From Priapulus caudatus (taxonomy: Eukaryota), in NCBI RefSeq assembly GCF_000485595.1, contig NW_014577074.1, forward strand, positions 1,011,479 to 1,075,478: a stretch of DNA of 64,000 nt, written 5' to 3'. The notes under the pieces are model-generated. The model saw only the letters and a list, made by a program, of their open reading frames with translations. It made no database searches and was not told the origin of the DNA. Shown one piece after another: positions 61,821 to 64,000 of this stretch (the stretch's first letter is position 1; each line of letters begins with the position of its first letter). Both the position numbers and the translations under genes were made by a program.

Positions 61821-61924
61821 AAACAGTAATAAATAATAAGAAATCAAAAGATAAAAGAGATTAAAAATAAAAATAATTAATAAAGAAGTAGAAGGGGAAA
61901 AAAGGAAAAAACGGGAAAATAAGT

Positions 61925-61995
61925 TCCCCAGCTGGGACTCGAACCCGGAATCCAGGTGTAGCAGACGGATGTTCTAGTGATGAGGCCACTGCGCC
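61925..61995 (-). pseudogene. tRNA-derived sequence (pseudo-tRNA or SINE head)
   Basis: GGCGCAGTGGCCTCATCACTAGAAC...CCGGGTTCGAGTCCCAGCTGGGGA has a B box/T-loop GGTTCGAGTCC; the acceptor and anticodon stems pair poorly. Confidence 0.55.
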
Positions 61996-62002
61996 ATTAC
62001 GG

Positions 62003-62914
62003 CAGGAGCGTATAATGACAAAGGAGTAAGACAGCGATTTGGTACTGATTTCACTACATTTTTGTCGTACGAGTTCGATGTGAATAAAAATACAAACGTA
62101 TACAAACATGAGCTTCTTTTGTTCACTGGTCCTTATTCTATCTTCCGGTAGTATTACAAACCGCGTAGCTTCCTTCGTTTTGACATAAATCGTACTTTTC
62201 CACGACATGGTTTTCACCTTAGTTACCGTAATCTGGCGAGGCCACACTCTAAATTTGCACACACAGCTCTTTAATGAGCCACGGTAGGGCTTTTCGGCCG
62301 TAGCCTAGTCGAGTGCAGAAAATTCGCCTAGAAATTAAGTTACGTTGCACCCATGCTGGGTTTAAAAATTAAAACTATTTTACATTTAAACTATAGTTAG
62401 AATGCCTTGTTTTTATGGTTTAATCCCGCAGTTTTTTTTTTAATAAACGCTGCGCTGGTAAAATATCTGAACTACTTCACCCGCGGAGGAATGATGTGTA
62501 TGAATTGTTATGAGTAAACTGACGCTCCAGCCGATTGTAGCTTTTCGCACATGTGTTTTGCATTAATTGCATAGCAACCGTTATCTCTAGCCCGCGTACA
62601 GTTGCCGCTGGCGCTGCCTGACGCGATCCCTGTGGTGGCTCATTGAAGAGCTGTGTGTGCAAATTTAGAGTGTGGCCTCGCCAGATTACGGTAACTAAGG
62701 TGAAAACCATGTCGTGGAAAAGTACGATTTATGTCAAAACGAAGGAAGCTACGCGGTTTGTAATACTACCGGAAGATAGAATAAGGACCAGTGAACAAAA
62801 GAAGCTCATGTTTGTATACATTTGTATTTTTATTCACATCGAACTCGTTCGGCAAAAATGTAGTGAAATCAGTACCAAATCGCTGTCTTACTCCTTTGTC
62901 ATTATACGCTCCTG
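62003..62914. mobile_element. Long-TIR foldback element with 7-bp TSD (P/Galileo-like)
   Basis: ~280-bp near-perfect TIRs (62003-62282 and 62635-62914); CAGG...CCTG ends; TSD ATTACGG at 61996-62002 and 62915-62921. Confidence 0.85.
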
Positions 62915-63189
62915 ATTACGGTTATACACCATGGATTTAGACGTACGTGATGTTGTGTACGTACGTGACCGCCATCTATTGATCAATAGAATTTTTTATG
63001 AATGTTTAACTTTTTAACTTTTTAACTTTTTTAAATTTTTGTTTCAGCTAGAACCACCTCCCAGACGTGCTGTTTCTGAAAATATCTTTAGTTTTCCTCT
63101 AGGCTGCGGCGTTCTCTAGTTATGCGAGTACGGACTAATTCGGCTGAACAACTTTATAATATAGATAGGTCTAAATGAGATAGCAAATG

Positions 63190-63960
63190 CAGGGCGTCAA
63201 GTTCCTATTTTTTCCTATTTTCTGGGCAATTCCTATTTTCTCCTATTTTCTGGACAAATTCCTATTTTTTCCTATTTTTGAGGGCTTTTCATTTTTCTGA
63301 ATCCAGAATTGTATGTATCAATCAGGTGACCCAATTTTCAAAAATTTCCTCGGGGAGGACCCCCAAACCCCCGCCCCTTACTTTAAATTAACGTAATATA
63401 CTCTTTACTATCACAGATTTTATTTAACTAAAGTTGTTTCTTAGTTGGATGTGGTATGTGTATCCAGAGGGGGGATCCAGGGGGCCCGGACCCCCCTTTG
63501 TTACCCCAAAAAAGGGAAAACACATAAAGATAATTTTCTGCTTAAAAATTTGAAACTCCATCTTGCGTTCTAGACATCAAAATTTCTGCTCAGATGCTCT
63601 CAGAGTGCACCAATTTTTTAAATTTTTCTTGGGGGAGGTCCCCCCACCCCCCCCCCCCTAAGTGGCAACGTCGCATAAACTGCTTTCGGCACCTTTTTAT
63701 AAAAGTGCCCTTTATTTCTTACTGGACCCCCCCTTTTTCAAAAAGCCGGATCTGCCCATGTATACATCATGTACGTCATACTATTTTGGAGTAGTCTACA
63801 TGTATGGGCGCTTATGCATGTATAAACTGCTTATCAATTTTAACATGCATTTCTCATTAAAACCTCAAAATATTGGGTGCATGTGATGTAACTCCAAATA
63901 TGTATATTATTAAAACCATTTGTGGTGGATCGGGATGGCTGTAGGGGTGTTGGGAGGCCA
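63190..63960. mobile_element. hAT-like MITE remnants, possibly nested (inner one ~63465-63760)
   Basis: CAGGGC start with TTCCTATTTT subterminal repeats; inner CAGAGGGGGGATCCAG ... CCGGATCTGCCCATG; TSDs degenerate. Confidence 0.4.
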
Positions 63961-64000
63961 TCTAATGCAACAAATATTCCTATTTAACATATATTTTATC

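Larger units (their letters stand above)
61506..63165 (-). mobile_element. Non-autonomous Helitron
   Basis: The minus strand starts A|TCTATATTATAAAG and ends with hairpin CCCAGGCAACGCTGGG then ...CTAG|T next to a (TA)n run; no TSD. Confidence 0.8.

Noticed and set aside
61925..61995. Functional tRNA gene
   Set aside because: The acceptor and anticodon stems do not pair well and it lies inside a Helitron.

Overview
Repeat-rich genomic DNA from an invertebrate animal (spliceosomal introns, TTAGGG-type repeats; species not identifiable). It is a draft assembly with N gaps and some error-rich stretches. I traced four protein-coding genes by hand. (1) The first two coding exons of a striatin gene on the minus strand. 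(2) A complete 17-coding-exon SEC23 gene (767 aa) on the plus strand, head-to-head with striatin. (3) A classical calpain (CysPc, C2-like and penta-EF domains; catalytic Cys/His/Asn intact) with 15 exons traced, a probable U12-type intron and a last exon apparently beyond the window. (4) An intronless 756-aa C2H2 zinc-finger ORF nested on the same strand inside a 14.6-kb calpain intron. Introns and intergenic DNA are packed with non-autonomous transposons: a 9-bp-TSD MITE family carrying telomere-type repeats, an ISL2EU-like THAP derivative, Harbinger-type MITEs, a 2.4-kb foldback satellite palindrome, a ~0.6/1.1-kb tandem array with filled and empty insertion sites, HINE-like elements, a Helitron with a nested 7-bp-TSD long-TIR element, and a Penelope-like relic. 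I found no prokaryote-type system. All coordinates were read manually and no searches were run.
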